NCBI GenBank assembly: GCA_965216685.1
Contig: OZ244195.1
Coordinates: 209,610-273,609 of the forward strand
Direction of reading: 5' to 3'
Length of the DNA stretch: 64,000 nt
Source of the DNA: Acidimicrobiales bacterium
GTDB taxonomy: Bacteria; Actinomycetota; Acidimicrobiia; Acidimicrobiales; SZUA-35
Both the position numbers and the translations under genes were made by a program. Of the stretch, positions 26,271-34,893 are shown piece by piece. The notes under the pieces were generated by a model. The model saw only the letters and a list, made by a program, of their open reading frames with translations, made no database searches and was not told where the DNA came from. Within the stretch, counting starts at the first letter, position 1. Every line of letters begins with the position of its first letter.

Positions 26271-26891
26271 TCAGCCCAACCCCTCGCACCGGTCGAGCAG
26301 ATGCTCGAGCAGATCGACGTGATCCCGCACCTCGCCCTCCTTGAAGGGCACGGTGTAGGGCGGTAGTGGGGGGAAGTAGACGGCGGTGATGGTTCCCGCC
26401 AGCGGAACCAGTTCGATGTGTACACCGCCCGGATCATGCACCACCGACATCGACTTCAGTTCGGACCGACCGGCCAGCTGCCGGGTTTCCTCATCGGCCA
26501 AGGCCTCGGCCACGTCCCGGGCGGAATCCAGGGCCTTGGTGGCGAAGGCGCGGCGGTCGAAGCGGTAGTTGTAGCGGGCCGCCCGCTCCCCCGGCTCGCC
26601 CTTGCGGGCGATCCACTGGGTGTCGATCAGCGCCCCGAACAGCCGGAAGTTTCCCTTGAATCCCACTTCGATGGTCGCACCGTCGGGCCGCACGGTCCGT
26701 GCCGACCGGTAGTCGACCTCGTCAAAAACCACGTGGTCGGCACCGTAACGGCGAACCAGCTCGCCGTGGGGAAGCTCGATGAGGGAGCGGCGCCGGGCCC
26801 GATAGAGCGTCCGGACACGACCACCGAGGCCGAGAAAGGTGGACCCGGTGTCAAAACCGGATCCACCCTCGGTTCGAGTCCTGCCGGTCAT
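26271..26891 (-). CDS. DUF3156-like hypothetical protein
   Basis: This is the last 206 codons of the 339-aa track ORF. ATG 26891 overlaps the permease TGA (ATGA). The family assignment is from memory only. Confidence 0.45.
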   Translation of the reverse strand: MTGRTRTEGGSGFDTGSTFLGLGGRVRTLYRARRRSLIELPHGELVRRYGADHVVFDEVDYRSARTVRPDGATIEVGFKGNFRLFGALIDTQWIARKGEPGERAARYNYRFDRRAFATKALDSARDVAEALADEETRQLAGRSELKSMSVVHDPGGVHIELVPLAGTITAVYFPPLPPYTVPFKEGEVRDHVDLLEHLLDRCEGLG

Positions 26892-28312
26892 ACAGTCTGA
26901 TGAAGTTCCTCTTCGAGATGATCGGCCTGGCCCGACGAGCCCCGCATGGCATAGGAGATGACGGCCACGACGGCCGAACCCAGGATCATCCACAGAGCCC
27001 GCGGCCCGTAGAAATCGTGGCCGCCTCCGGTGAAGGTCTGATACCACACATACACGGTGAGCAGAAAGCCGATCACCGGCACCACCAGTGGCAACTTGAA
27101 AGGCCGGTTGACGTCTGGGTTGACGTAGCGGCTGCCCGCCACCAGCACGTGGTAGGTGATGTAGAGCAGCATCCAGACGTAGGCGGCGGTGAAGATCAGG
27201 TCGCCGACCCCGGCCCCTCCGTCGGCCACGATCCCCCAGTAGATGGTGACGAAGGTGTAGAGCACGGCGGTGAACAGGATGGCCACCCACGGCGTCCGGT
27301 AGCGGGCGTGCACACTGCCGAACGGCTTCGACAACGGACCGAGGAAATGGCCGTTGCGGGACATGCCGTAGAGGATGCGGGGCATCGAGGCGTAGACCAC
27401 GGTCAACGAGGCGAAGGAGGCCACGGTGGCGGCCAGCGCCATCAGGAAGCGGCCGCTACCGCCGAACATGGCCTCACCGACCTCGAGCTGGGGGGCGTCC
27501 TCGGAGACGATACCGGCCCACTCGGAGTTGATGCCACTGACACCCAGTCCCATGAACATCGAGGTGGCCAGAATGGCTATCAACCCCCAGACGATACCCC
27601 GGGGGATGTTGCGGGCCGGATCCCTGGTCTCCTCGGCCAGGGGGGCCACGAACTCGATGCCGACGAAACTCCAGAAGGCCCAGGCCCCGGCGATGGCCAT
27701 CAGGCCGCTCAAGCCGCTGAACTCGGCCGGTGTCGACGGTATGTTGCCCCACGACCAGCCACCGAGGTCGCTGAACCCAAGGAATCCGGCCAGCCCGAAG
27801 AACCAGCGGATGGCCAGCATGACGATGATCAGGCCCAGCTCCAGCTTGGCCAGCACCTCGATGCCGAACAGATTGGGAATCACGGCGAACACCGTCAGGA
27901 TCAACACCCACATGGTGACGCTTCCGCCGTCGAACAACCCGACCATGCCCGAGGCTCCGGCCAAGGTCTCACCGGCGCCGGCGAACATGAACATCACATA
28001 GAACAGCAGACCGAGGAAGATGCCGACCACGGTCTTGGCCGCATGCCCCCCGGGGGTGGCGGCGGCGCCGTAGTCGTACAGTGCTCCGGCCTTGGGATAG
28101 GTGGTCGACAGCTCGGCCGCCGACAGACCCAGCAGCAGGTTCACCACGAACATGGCCAACAAGCCCACGGCAAAGCCCCGGCCGGCGGTGAACCATCCCT
28201 GGAAGTCCGATACCAGCGTGGAGGCCGCCACCACCAAGCCGACGCCGGCGGCGAATATGTCCTTCGTGCCGAGAGCCTTTTTCAGGCCCTCCCCCTCAAC
28301 GACAGCAGTCAT
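26888..28312 (-). CDS. APC-family amino acid/amine permease
   Basis: About 12 hydrophobic segments and 474 aa, with an AAGGAG site 7 nt upstream of the ATG. Confidence 0.8.
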   Translation of the reverse strand: MTAVVEGEGLKKALGTKDIFAAGVGLVVAASTLVSDFQGWFTAGRGFAVGLLAMFVVNLLLGLSAAELSTTYPKAGALYDYGAAATPGGHAAKTVVGIFLGLLFYVMFMFAGAGETLAGASGMVGLFDGGSVTMWVLILTVFAVIPNLFGIEVLAKLELGLIIVMLAIRWFFGLAGFLGFSDLGGWSWGNIPSTPAEFSGLSGLMAIAGAWAFWSFVGIEFVAPLAEETRDPARNIPRGIVWGLIAILATSMFMGLGVSGINSEWAGIVSEDAPQLEVGEAMFGGSGRFLMALAATVASFASLTVVYASMPRILYGMSRNGHFLGPLSKPFGSVHARYRTPWVAILFTAVLYTFVTIYWGIVADGGAGVGDLIFTAAYVWMLLYITYHVLVAGSRYVNPDVNRPFKLPLVVPVIGFLLTVYVWYQTFTGGGHDFYGPRALWMILGSAVVAVISYAMRGSSGQADHLEEELHQTV

Positions 28313-28362
28313 TGCCTAGCTCCTTCGTGTGAGCGTCTGGTCAAGCCTGTCCCCACAGGGCT

Positions 28363-28377
28363 TGAATTCTGTATACG
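28363..28377. promoter_or_regulatory. operator-like palindrome, copy b (TGAATTCTGTATACG)
   Basis: It lies 51 nt upstream of the permease start. Confidence 0.5.
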
Positions 28378-28429
28378 GTGTTCACGATCGTAGCCCACGA
28401 TGCAGAGGACGCGCCACAACCAGCAACAA

Positions 28430-29047
28430 TCAGACGTCGAACGCCGACCAGCAGATCTCGTTGCGTAGGCGTTGATCGTCGAGAACAAGTGAGCGAATCG
28501 CATCGGGAAGCTGTTCACGCTGCCAGCGACACTCGGCCCGCCCGGCGGCCACCTGGTCGTCAGTCAGGGTTCCGGCCGGTACACCGGCCGGGGCTCCGGC
28601 CACGGACTCGGCCACGGCATCGGCCCATACCGCCTTGATGGCGTAGGCCGCGGCGCCGAGCTCATGGGCGGCAACATGGGCCACAGCCGCGGCGTGGCCG
28701 GCGGCGTAGGCGGCGTGGCGGGACGCTCCGCTCAGGGGTTGGGCTGCTCGCATGGCCCGGGTTCCCGCCGAACGGCACTCCATCATCTTCATCTGGCCGC
28801 CGGCCCAGGACCGGATGGCCGCGATCGCCTCCCGAGGCCTCCGGTCAGCCGGTTGCTCGGACTCGAAGAAGTGAAGCACGTGGGCCGCACAATCCGCCGC
28901 CCACTCAGCCAGCAGTCGATGATTGGCGTCGCTGAGGCTACCGCCCCGCCGGATCGTGACGAAACGAGGGTCTCGCTTCTCCGGGAGGATCACGGCCTCG
29001 TACCGATGGTCAGGCTCGTCACCCCAGCTCGGCGGCCACGACGGCAT
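28430..29047 (-). CDS. conserved helical hypothetical protein (resembles the putative-immunity / Imm-5-like family)
   Basis: The pattern LLAEWAADCAAHVLHFFE...DRRPREAIAAIRSWAGG...HAAAVAHVAAHELGAAAYAIKA is recalled from a widespread uncharacterised family. Confidence 0.35.
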   Translation of the reverse strand: MPSWPPSWGDEPDHRYEAVILPEKRDPRFVTIRRGGSLSDANHRLLAEWAADCAAHVLHFFESEQPADRRPREAIAAIRSWAGGQMKMMECRSAGTRAMRAAQPLSGASRHAAYAAGHAAAVAHVAAHELGAAAYAIKAVWADAVAESVAGAPAGVPAGTLTDDQVAAGRAECRWQREQLPDAIRSLVLDDQRLRNEICWSAFDV

Positions 29048-29417
29048 CGACCTCGATTTCCACCATCATGCCCGGCGTGGTCAGGCCCGCCTCGAAGCCG
29101 GTCATCACCGGCTCGATACCGGCAAAGACCTCGCCGTGGGCCCGCACCGCGTCGCCCGCCCCGGCCATGTCGGAGAAGATCAGCCTGGTCCGGACCACAT
29201 CGCCCAGCTCTGCCCCCACGTCGTTGAGAGCCTGCTCGATCCGCTTCGGGGCATAGCGCGTTTGGGCGTAGGCGTCGCCCGGAGCGTGTAGCCGCCCGCT
29301 GGGTTCGATGGCCGTGGTTCCGGCCACGAACACGAACGGCCCCACCCGCTTGGCCCGGCAATACGAGCCGGCCTTCTCGAACCGGCCACCTCCATAGGCC
29401 TTCCGGATCTCAACCAC
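29019..29417 (-). CDS. RidA/YjgF-family reactive-intermediate (enamine/imine) deaminase
   Basis: 132 aa, with FVFVAGT...G......Q......N........G....DVVRTRLIF and a C-terminal MVEIEVDAV. Confidence 0.75.
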   Translation of the reverse strand: MVEIRKAYGGGRFEKAGSYCRAKRVGPFVFVAGTTAIEPSGRLHAPGDAYAQTRYAPKRIEQALNDVGAELGDVVRTRLIFSDMAGAGDAVRAHGEVFAGIEPVMTGFEAGLTTPGMMVEIEVDAVVAAELG

Positions 29418-29436
29418 CTACTCATCCTTTCCCACG

Positions 29437-29466
29437 GCGGCTAGTCTGAATGCGGCTAGTCTGAAT
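29437..29466. repeat. perfect 15-bp tandem direct repeat (GCGGCTAGTCTGAAT x2)
   Basis: Read directly from the sequence. The second copy supplies the left half of operator copy c. Confidence 0.8.
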
Positions 29467-29476
29467 ACAGTACTCA
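29462..29476. promoter_or_regulatory. operator-like palindrome, copy c (TGAATACAGTACTCA)
   Basis: It sits in the divergent region between the ridA-like gene (start 29417) and the GntR gene (start 29510). Confidence 0.55.
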
Positions 29477-29509
29477 ATCAACGACGGTACGCATTCACCG
29501 AAAGTCACC

Positions 29510-30178
29510 ATGATGTTTCAGAGCCTGAAACGCTCGCCCGTCCGGCTGGCCGACCTGGTCTACGAACAGATCTTCCGAGCCATCGTCAACGGCGACCTTG
29601 CTCCGGGCGAGCGCCTGGTGCAGGAGACCATCGGTGAGCAGATGCAAGTATCCCGGACTCCGGTCCGCGATGCCCTGCTCCGGCTGGAGTCGGAGGGCAT
29701 TCTGGAGTCGTCGGGCCGGGGCGGCTACCTGGTTCGATCGTTCGATCGGCAGGAAGCCATCGACATCTACGGCCTGCGGGCCGCCGTCGAGGGTTACGCC
29801 GCCGGGGTGGCAGCCGACCGGGGCGACCAGGCCGACCTGGAGCTGATCGAGAAGGCCATCGCCGAGGCCGACGGCAACAACATCTCGCTCGACGAGGGAT
29901 TCGAGATCAATCGTCGCATTCACCGGGGTGTGGTGCTGGCCGCCCGCAACGCCATGCTGCTCGACGCCTTCGACACCGTGTGGGGTCGCAGCCAGTCGTT
30001 CCGGATGTTCGCCCGCCTTCATTCCCCCGAGCTGCGATACCTCAACGCCGAGCCCAGCCACGACCAGGTGCTGGCCGCCATCCGCACCGGCGATGCCGAT
30101 CATGCCCGGCGAACCATGGAACAGCACATCATGGTCGGCATGGCCCAACAACTCGAGGCCCTCCCCGACGACATCTGA
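29510..30178 (+). CDS. GntR-family transcriptional regulator (FadR/FCD subfamily)
   Basis: An N-terminal winged HTH (LADLVYEQIFRAIVNGDLAPGERLVQETIGEQMQVSRTPVRDALLRLESEGIL) and an all-helical C-terminal domain. Confidence 0.85.
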   Translation: MMFQSLKRSPVRLADLVYEQIFRAIVNGDLAPGERLVQETIGEQMQVSRTPVRDALLRLESEGILESSGRGGYLVRSFDRQEAIDIYGLRAAVEGYAAGVAADRGDQADLELIEKAIAEADGNNISLDEGFEINRRIHRGVVLAARNAMLLDAFDTVWGRSQSFRMFARLHSPELRYLNAEPSHDQVLAAIRTGDADHARRTMEQHIMVGMAQQLEALPDDI

Positions 30179-30187
30179 GCCGGCGTC

Positions 30188-31390
30188 TCATTGGTGCCAA
30201 CCATCGAGACGTCGACGCACGGCGGCGGCCGCTGCCTCCAGGGCCTGGCGCTCCCCCTCGACCAGTGGCAGTTCCACCACCTCCAACACGCCGCCCCGCC
30301 CCAACAGGGCGGGCACGCCGACCACGACGTCACGAATACCGTAGGCCCCATCCAGCACCACCGAAACCGGGATATGACCCGGCCGCGCCCCCCGCAGGGC
30401 GTTGAGCACCTCCACGGTGGCGTAGGCCGGAGCAATGGTGGCCGAACCGGTCCGCCGCAGCGCCACCACGTCTCCCCCGCCGGAAACGGCCTGGTCGACA
30501 CAACGCTGGATCTGCTCCTCGGTCAACATCGCCGACAGGGGCCGGCCCTGAATCGTCGACTGCGAAACCACGGGCACCATCTCGGCCCCGTGGCTTCCCA
30601 GGGTCAGGGCCTCGACGTCGGCCACATCCACCTCGGCGGCGGCGGCCAAGGCCCGCCGGAAACGGGCGGAATCAAGGGTGCCGGCCATCCCGATCACCTT
30701 CTCCCGGGCAAAGCCGCTCTCGGTGTACATCGTCATGGTCATCTCATCGAGGGGATTGGTGATGACGATCACCACCGCCTCGGGAGCATGGGCCACCACG
30801 GCCTCGGCCACCGACCGGACCACCCGGCCGTTGAGCTCCACCAGATCGGACCGGGACATACCCGGCGAGCGGGGCCGACCGGCACTCACCACCACGACGT
30901 CGGCCCCGGCCACCAACGACAGATCGGTACCGCCTGACACCTCGGTCGTCGACCGGGTCACCCCCGAAGCGTGATTCAGGTCGAGGGCCACCGAGGCGGC
31001 CCAGCCGGGCACGATGTCGATGAGTACGATCTCGGCCGACAGCGAGTCGGCGGCGGCCAGCAGAGCGGTGTTGGCCCCCACTCCCCCGGCGCCGACGAAG
31101 GCCACCTTGTCGAACACGATGGGGTTGAGCCCGACCGGAGCGGCCGGTGACATCCAGCCGGGATTGCGTCGGTAGAGGGCACGGCGCATGGCCGTGGCCC
31201 CGCCGACCTGGGGAACGGCCGGCTGTTCGGCCGGCCCCCGAACGAAGCTGATACCCAGCCGCTCGGCGCTGTCGCGGGCTTGACCGGTGATCAGGTCGCC
31301 GTCGCTAAACGAGATTCTCGTCTCCCCCCGCCGGCGGGCGGCCTGAACGTCTTCGTCGCCGATGACCCGGCCCCGGCCGCCGTCGCTCAC
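30188..31390 (-). CDS. LDH-like malate dehydrogenase with a ~95-aa N-terminal extension
   Basis: The core KVAFVGAGGVGANTA, GRPRSPGMSRSDL (Arg-type, malate specificity), ITNPLDEMT and GSHGAEMVP begins about residue 95. The GTG start overlaps the BMC-T stop (GTGA). Confidence 0.75.
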   Translation of the reverse strand: MSDGGRGRVIGDEDVQAARRRGETRISFSDGDLITGQARDSAERLGISFVRGPAEQPAVPQVGGATAMRRALYRRNPGWMSPAAPVGLNPIVFDKVAFVGAGGVGANTALLAAADSLSAEIVLIDIVPGWAASVALDLNHASGVTRSTTEVSGGTDLSLVAGADVVVVSAGRPRSPGMSRSDLVELNGRVVRSVAEAVVAHAPEAVVIVITNPLDEMTMTMYTESGFAREKVIGMAGTLDSARFRRALAAAAEVDVADVEALTLGSHGAEMVPVVSQSTIQGRPLSAMLTEEQIQRCVDQAVSGGGDVVALRRTGSATIAPAYATVEVLNALRGARPGHIPVSVVLDGAYGIRDVVVGVPALLGRGGVLEVVELPLVEGERQALEAAAAAVRRRLDGWHQ

Positions 31391-32031
31391 TCCTGTCGAC
31401 CCTCGATCGATTCGATCGTGGTGACGGCGGCCTCCATGGCCGTCTCCACCGCCGATTCGGTGCCGGAGAAGAAGGCCCGACCGAAGCGGCCCACGGCCCG
31501 CACCTCGACCAGGTCGATGTCGGCCGATTTCTCGGCTTCATTGACGGCGGCCCCCACGTAGGCCGCCGGACTGCATTCCACGATGCCCAGGGTCTGTCCC
31601 GGCACCAGGAGGGAACCCGACCGCCACTTGTTCAACAACTGAGCCTGGTAGGGCTCAACCGAGGTGATGACCTGAGTCGACTCCAACCGCGGTTTCACCC
31701 GATCATTGATCGACAGTCCCAGCATGTCGAGCACGGCGTCCCGGGCGGCCGAGATCTCGGCGTTGACCGGCGACCGGAGGATGAAGAAGCCGAACTCCCG
31801 CTCGACGATCTGGGTGGTGGCCTCGATGGTGGCCGCCTTGAGCGCGGTGTCGATGACCCGGAACACGGTGTTGCCGGGAGCGAACTCGCCCATCAGGATG
31901 GTGTCGCCGGCCAGTGGGATCGAACCCTGGACGGTGGCCCCGTTGTAGGCGGCGAACTTGGGTTGCAGCCGGTTGATCTGCAGCAGGGCCCGCATGGTCA
32001 ACGGGCTGGTCACCCCAGCGTTCCGGCTCAC
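31387..32031 (-). CDS. BMC-T shell protein (tandem BMC domains)
   Basis: Two BMC-like halves: GDTILMGEFAPGNTVFRVIDTALKAATIE...FILRSP and LGIVECSPAAYVGAAVNEAEKSADIDLVEVRAVGRFGRAFFSGTESAVETAMEAA. GTG 32031 overlaps the AldDH TGA. An ATG at 31995 is an alternative start. Confidence 0.7.
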   Translation of the reverse strand: MSRNAGVTSPLTMRALLQINRLQPKFAAYNGATVQGSIPLAGDTILMGEFAPGNTVFRVIDTALKAATIEATTQIVEREFGFFILRSPVNAEISAARDAVLDMLGLSINDRVKPRLESTQVITSVEPYQAQLLNKWRSGSLLVPGQTLGIVECSPAAYVGAAVNEAEKSADIDLVEVRAVGRFGRAFFSGTESAVETAMEAAVTTIESIEGRQE

Positions 32032-33416
32032 GTTTGATCCTCCCCGTAGACGTCGAAGATGGTGCGCCACGGCCGCGACTCGTAGACCACCCGTTTGATG
32101 TTGATCAGATGGAGAGCGTTGACGTTGTCGGACACGATCGAACCCGACCCGGTTCCGGTGCCCAGCATGAAGCTCGGTTCGAGGTCGGAGGAGTAGCCCA
32201 TGGCGGCCATGAGCGCCGGCTGATTGACCACCACCCGGCCGCTGGGGAGCCGGGCAAAGCGGGACACCACCGAGGCGTCGTGGCTGTGGATCACCGCGGT
32301 GTGACCGACCCCGCCCCAATCCAGGATCCGGCCGGCCAGATCCAGCCCGTGGTCGACGGTGGCCGCCTCGTACCAGGCCAGCACCGGGTTGAGTTTCTCC
32401 AGGCTCAACGGCCGGTGGCGGCCGACCTCGGTCTCGGCGGCCAGCAGCACCGTGGTGCCGGGCGGGATGTCGAACCCGGCCCGTTGGGCCAGGGTTTGGG
32501 CCGACTGGCCTACGCCGCCCGGTCGGATGTGCTGGGACTCGTCGAAGATCACATCGGCCAGTCGCTCGGCTTCAGCCGGACTGCAGAAATAGCCTCCCCC
32601 CTGCCTGATCTCGGCCCGGAGGGCGGCGGCGATGGACCGGTCGACGATGACGGCCTGCTCCCCGGCACAGGCCGTGCCGTAGTCGAAGGCTTTGGAGATG
32701 AGGATCTGCTCGGCCACGTCGGCCACCTCGTCGACCATCGACTGGTGGACGTAGCACGGCACGTTGCCCGGACCGACGGCCAGTGTCGGTTTACCCGACT
32801 GGTGGGCGGCCCGGACCATGGCCGATCCGCCGGTGGCCATGATGATGGCCGTCTTCCGGTGCCGCATCAGAGCATCGGTGCCCTCCAGCGTGACCTCGTC
32901 GAGGCACTGGATCAGGCCGTCGGGTGCGCCGTGGTTGCGGGCGGCCTCGGCCATGACCCGGGCCGTCTCCCGACCGCAGTTCACTCCCCGGGGATGAGGA
33001 GCGCAGACAATGGCATTGCCCGACTTGATGGCCGACAGAACCTTGAAGATGATCGTCGAGGTCGGGTTGGTCACCGGGATGATGGCGGCCACCACCCCCA
33101 TCGGTTCGCCCACCGCCATTGTCCTGGTGTTGGCGTCGTGCCACAGCACCCCGAGGGTGGTGATGTTGCGCAGCCAGTCGGCCACCCCCCGGGCGTTGAA
33201 CAGGTTCTTGATCCGCTTGTCGGGGGCGTTGCCGTAGCCGGTTTCCTCGGCCGCCATGACGCCCAGCCGGGCGGCCTCGGTTTCGATGGCCTGGGCCATG
33301 GCCTCGACGATGCGGTCGATATGCTCCGGTGGCGTGCCCCGGAACTTCTCGAAGGCGACGTGGGCCGACTCCACCGCCTGGCGTGCTTGGGCGATGCTTC
33401 GCAAATCGGCATCCAT
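32028..33416 (-). CDS. CoA-acylating aldehyde dehydrogenase (PduP/EutE-like)
   Basis: This is the last 462 codons of the 914-aa track ORF, starting MDADLRSIAQARQAVESAHVAFEKF. It has IIPVTNPTST, a catalytic Cys context (DYGTACAGEQ), VGPGNVP, and lacks the long oligomerisation tail of non-acylating ALDHs. Confidence 0.8.
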   Translation of the reverse strand: MDADLRSIAQARQAVESAHVAFEKFRGTPPEHIDRIVEAMAQAIETEAARLGVMAAEETGYGNAPDKRIKNLFNARGVADWLRNITTLGVLWHDANTRTMAVGEPMGVVAAIIPVTNPTSTIIFKVLSAIKSGNAIVCAPHPRGVNCGRETARVMAEAARNHGAPDGLIQCLDEVTLEGTDALMRHRKTAIIMATGGSAMVRAAHQSGKPTLAVGPGNVPCYVHQSMVDEVADVAEQILISKAFDYGTACAGEQAVIVDRSIAAALRAEIRQGGGYFCSPAEAERLADVIFDESQHIRPGGVGQSAQTLAQRAGFDIPPGTTVLLAAETEVGRHRPLSLEKLNPVLAWYEAATVDHGLDLAGRILDWGGVGHTAVIHSHDASVVSRFARLPSGRVVVNQPALMAAMGYSSDLEPSFMLGTGTGSGSIVSDNVNALHLINIKRVVYESRPWRTIFDVYGEDQT

Positions 33417-34591
33417 CACGACCACCCGATTCCCAGGCTGTCGATGGTTCTCCGGACCGTGCCCATGGAGTCGGCCCGGATACCGATGCGATCGAGACGG
33501 CGACCGGCCGAGTCCAGGTCGCCGCCGAGGACGGCCTTGGCCATGTCGATCATCGAGCGGGTGGCGGGAACGTCGATACCGGCCGGCTCGGCCGCCGACG
33601 CCAGCGGCACCAGCGATCCCAACACGGCACAACGCAGCCGGGACCGGGCCTCGACGGCAGTAGGAATCGTTCGGCCTCCCTCCTCGCTCCCGTCGCCCAC
33701 CACGGCGGCGATGGTGGCCGCCGGATCGGGGAGATCCCGGACACCCCACCGTTCGGCCACCCGGCGGCGCTCGTCGACCAACCGCTCGACCAGCTCGACC
33801 TGACCGGGTTGGAACCGGGACGCCATGCTGGCCCCGGCCAGGGCCACCGCCCCCGGAGGCAGGTCGGGAGACTCGTCGAACACCGGACCCCCGACCAGCA
33901 GGGCCACGGCCTCCACCGCCCCCGAGTGGTCGGCGAAGCTGGAGTGGATGACGGTCGGAGCCGAGACGATGGAGGGAAAGAACCGTTGCAGGCCGGTCAC
34001 CACGGCGTCGAGTGAACTGGGCAGGGTGGCCACCATCGGGTCGACACCGGGATGGAAGTGCAGTACGTGATCGCGGCGCTCCAGCCCGAAGGGCAGGGCC
34101 GACATCTCGGCCACCGTCACCCGGTTGGAGGCACCTCCCACCCGCAACCACCAGGTGGTCTCCAGTGCTCCGAAGGTCCGCCCGGGGGCCACCAGGAGAA
34201 TCTGATCCTCGGCCAGCCGGTCGGCCAGGACCAGGCCGTAGGTCCGTTGCTTCAGGACGGTGCCGGTGACGACGATCAGATCGGCCCCGGCGACGGCCTC
34301 CTCCAGGATCGAGGTCACGGCGATGTGGGGTCCGTCGCCTTGGGTCTGGTAGGTGCCGATTGGACCGGCACCGCGCACGGTGACACCCCGGGCCAGCCGG
34401 GCCAGGTCGTCCTGGTAGACCGAGAACAACGAGACCCCACCGGCCCCGTTGGCCAGGAACCAGGCGGCCAGGGCTTGGCCCTCGATCCCGCCGCCCAGGA
34501 CGGCGACCCGGTCGATGACCGGTTGGGGTTCGGGGGGACGCTGGTCGTCGGTGAACGACTCCAGCACGGCTTGAAAGTCGGCCGAGGTCAT
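33416..34591 (-). CDS. opine (octopine/nopaline)-dehydrogenase-family NAD(P) oxidoreductase with a short N-terminal helix plus Pro-rich linker
   Basis: Rossmann motif VAVLGGGIEGQALAAW, then LIVVTGT..., then LVAPGRTFGALET...VTVAEMSALPFGLERR...VATLPS. This parallels the PG.TGGALE...ET.S.LF..R...A.LP pattern of opine dehydrogenases. Confidence 0.6.
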   Translation of the reverse strand: MTSADFQAVLESFTDDQRPPEPQPVIDRVAVLGGGIEGQALAAWFLANGAGGVSLFSVYQDDLARLARGVTVRGAGPIGTYQTQGDGPHIAVTSILEEAVAGADLIVVTGTVLKQRTYGLVLADRLAEDQILLVAPGRTFGALETTWWLRVGGASNRVTVAEMSALPFGLERRDHVLHFHPGVDPMVATLPSSLDAVVTGLQRFFPSIVSAPTVIHSSFADHSGAVEAVALLVGGPVFDESPDLPPGAVALAGASMASRFQPGQVELVERLVDERRRVAERWGVRDLPDPAATIAAVVGDGSEEGGRTIPTAVEARSRLRCAVLGSLVPLASAAEPAGIDVPATRSMIDMAKAVLGGDLDSAGRRLDRIGIRADSMGTVRRTIDSLGIGWS

Positions 34592-34608
34592 CGACTGTCG
34601 GGCCGGGC

Positions 34609-34893
34609 TCAGTCAGCCTGAGGCAGGATCGACTCCACCTCGGCCGACGGGCGGGGGATGACGTGGACCGAGACGACGTCGCCCACCTTGTTGGCGGCCA
34701 CCGCCCCGGCGTCGGTGGCGGCCTTGACCGCGCCGACTTCACCTCGGACGAACACCGCCACCAGGCCGCCACCCACCTTCTCGCTGCCCACCAGCGTCAC
34801 GTTGGCCGCCTTGATCATGGCGTCGGCGGCTTCCACCGCTGCCACCACACCTCGGGTTTCGACCATTCCAAGCGCAACTTGCTCCATTGTCAC
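34609..34893 (-). CDS. BMC-H shell protein (PduA/CcmK-type hexamer)
   Basis: [57 protein letters not shown] is a canonical BMC domain. Confidence 0.9.
   Translation of the reverse strand: MTMEQVALGMVETRGVVAAVEAADAMIKAANVTLVGSEKVGGGLVAVFVRGEVGAVKAATDAGAVAANKVGDVVSVHVIPRPSAEVESILPQAD

Noticed and set aside
33417-34772. The upstream 450 codons of the 914-aa track ORF 32028..34772.
   Set aside because: It overlaps the opine-DH-like and BMC-H genes in another frame, with Arg/Pro/Gly-rich junk composition. The real AldDH starts at ATG 33416, coupled to the upstream stop.
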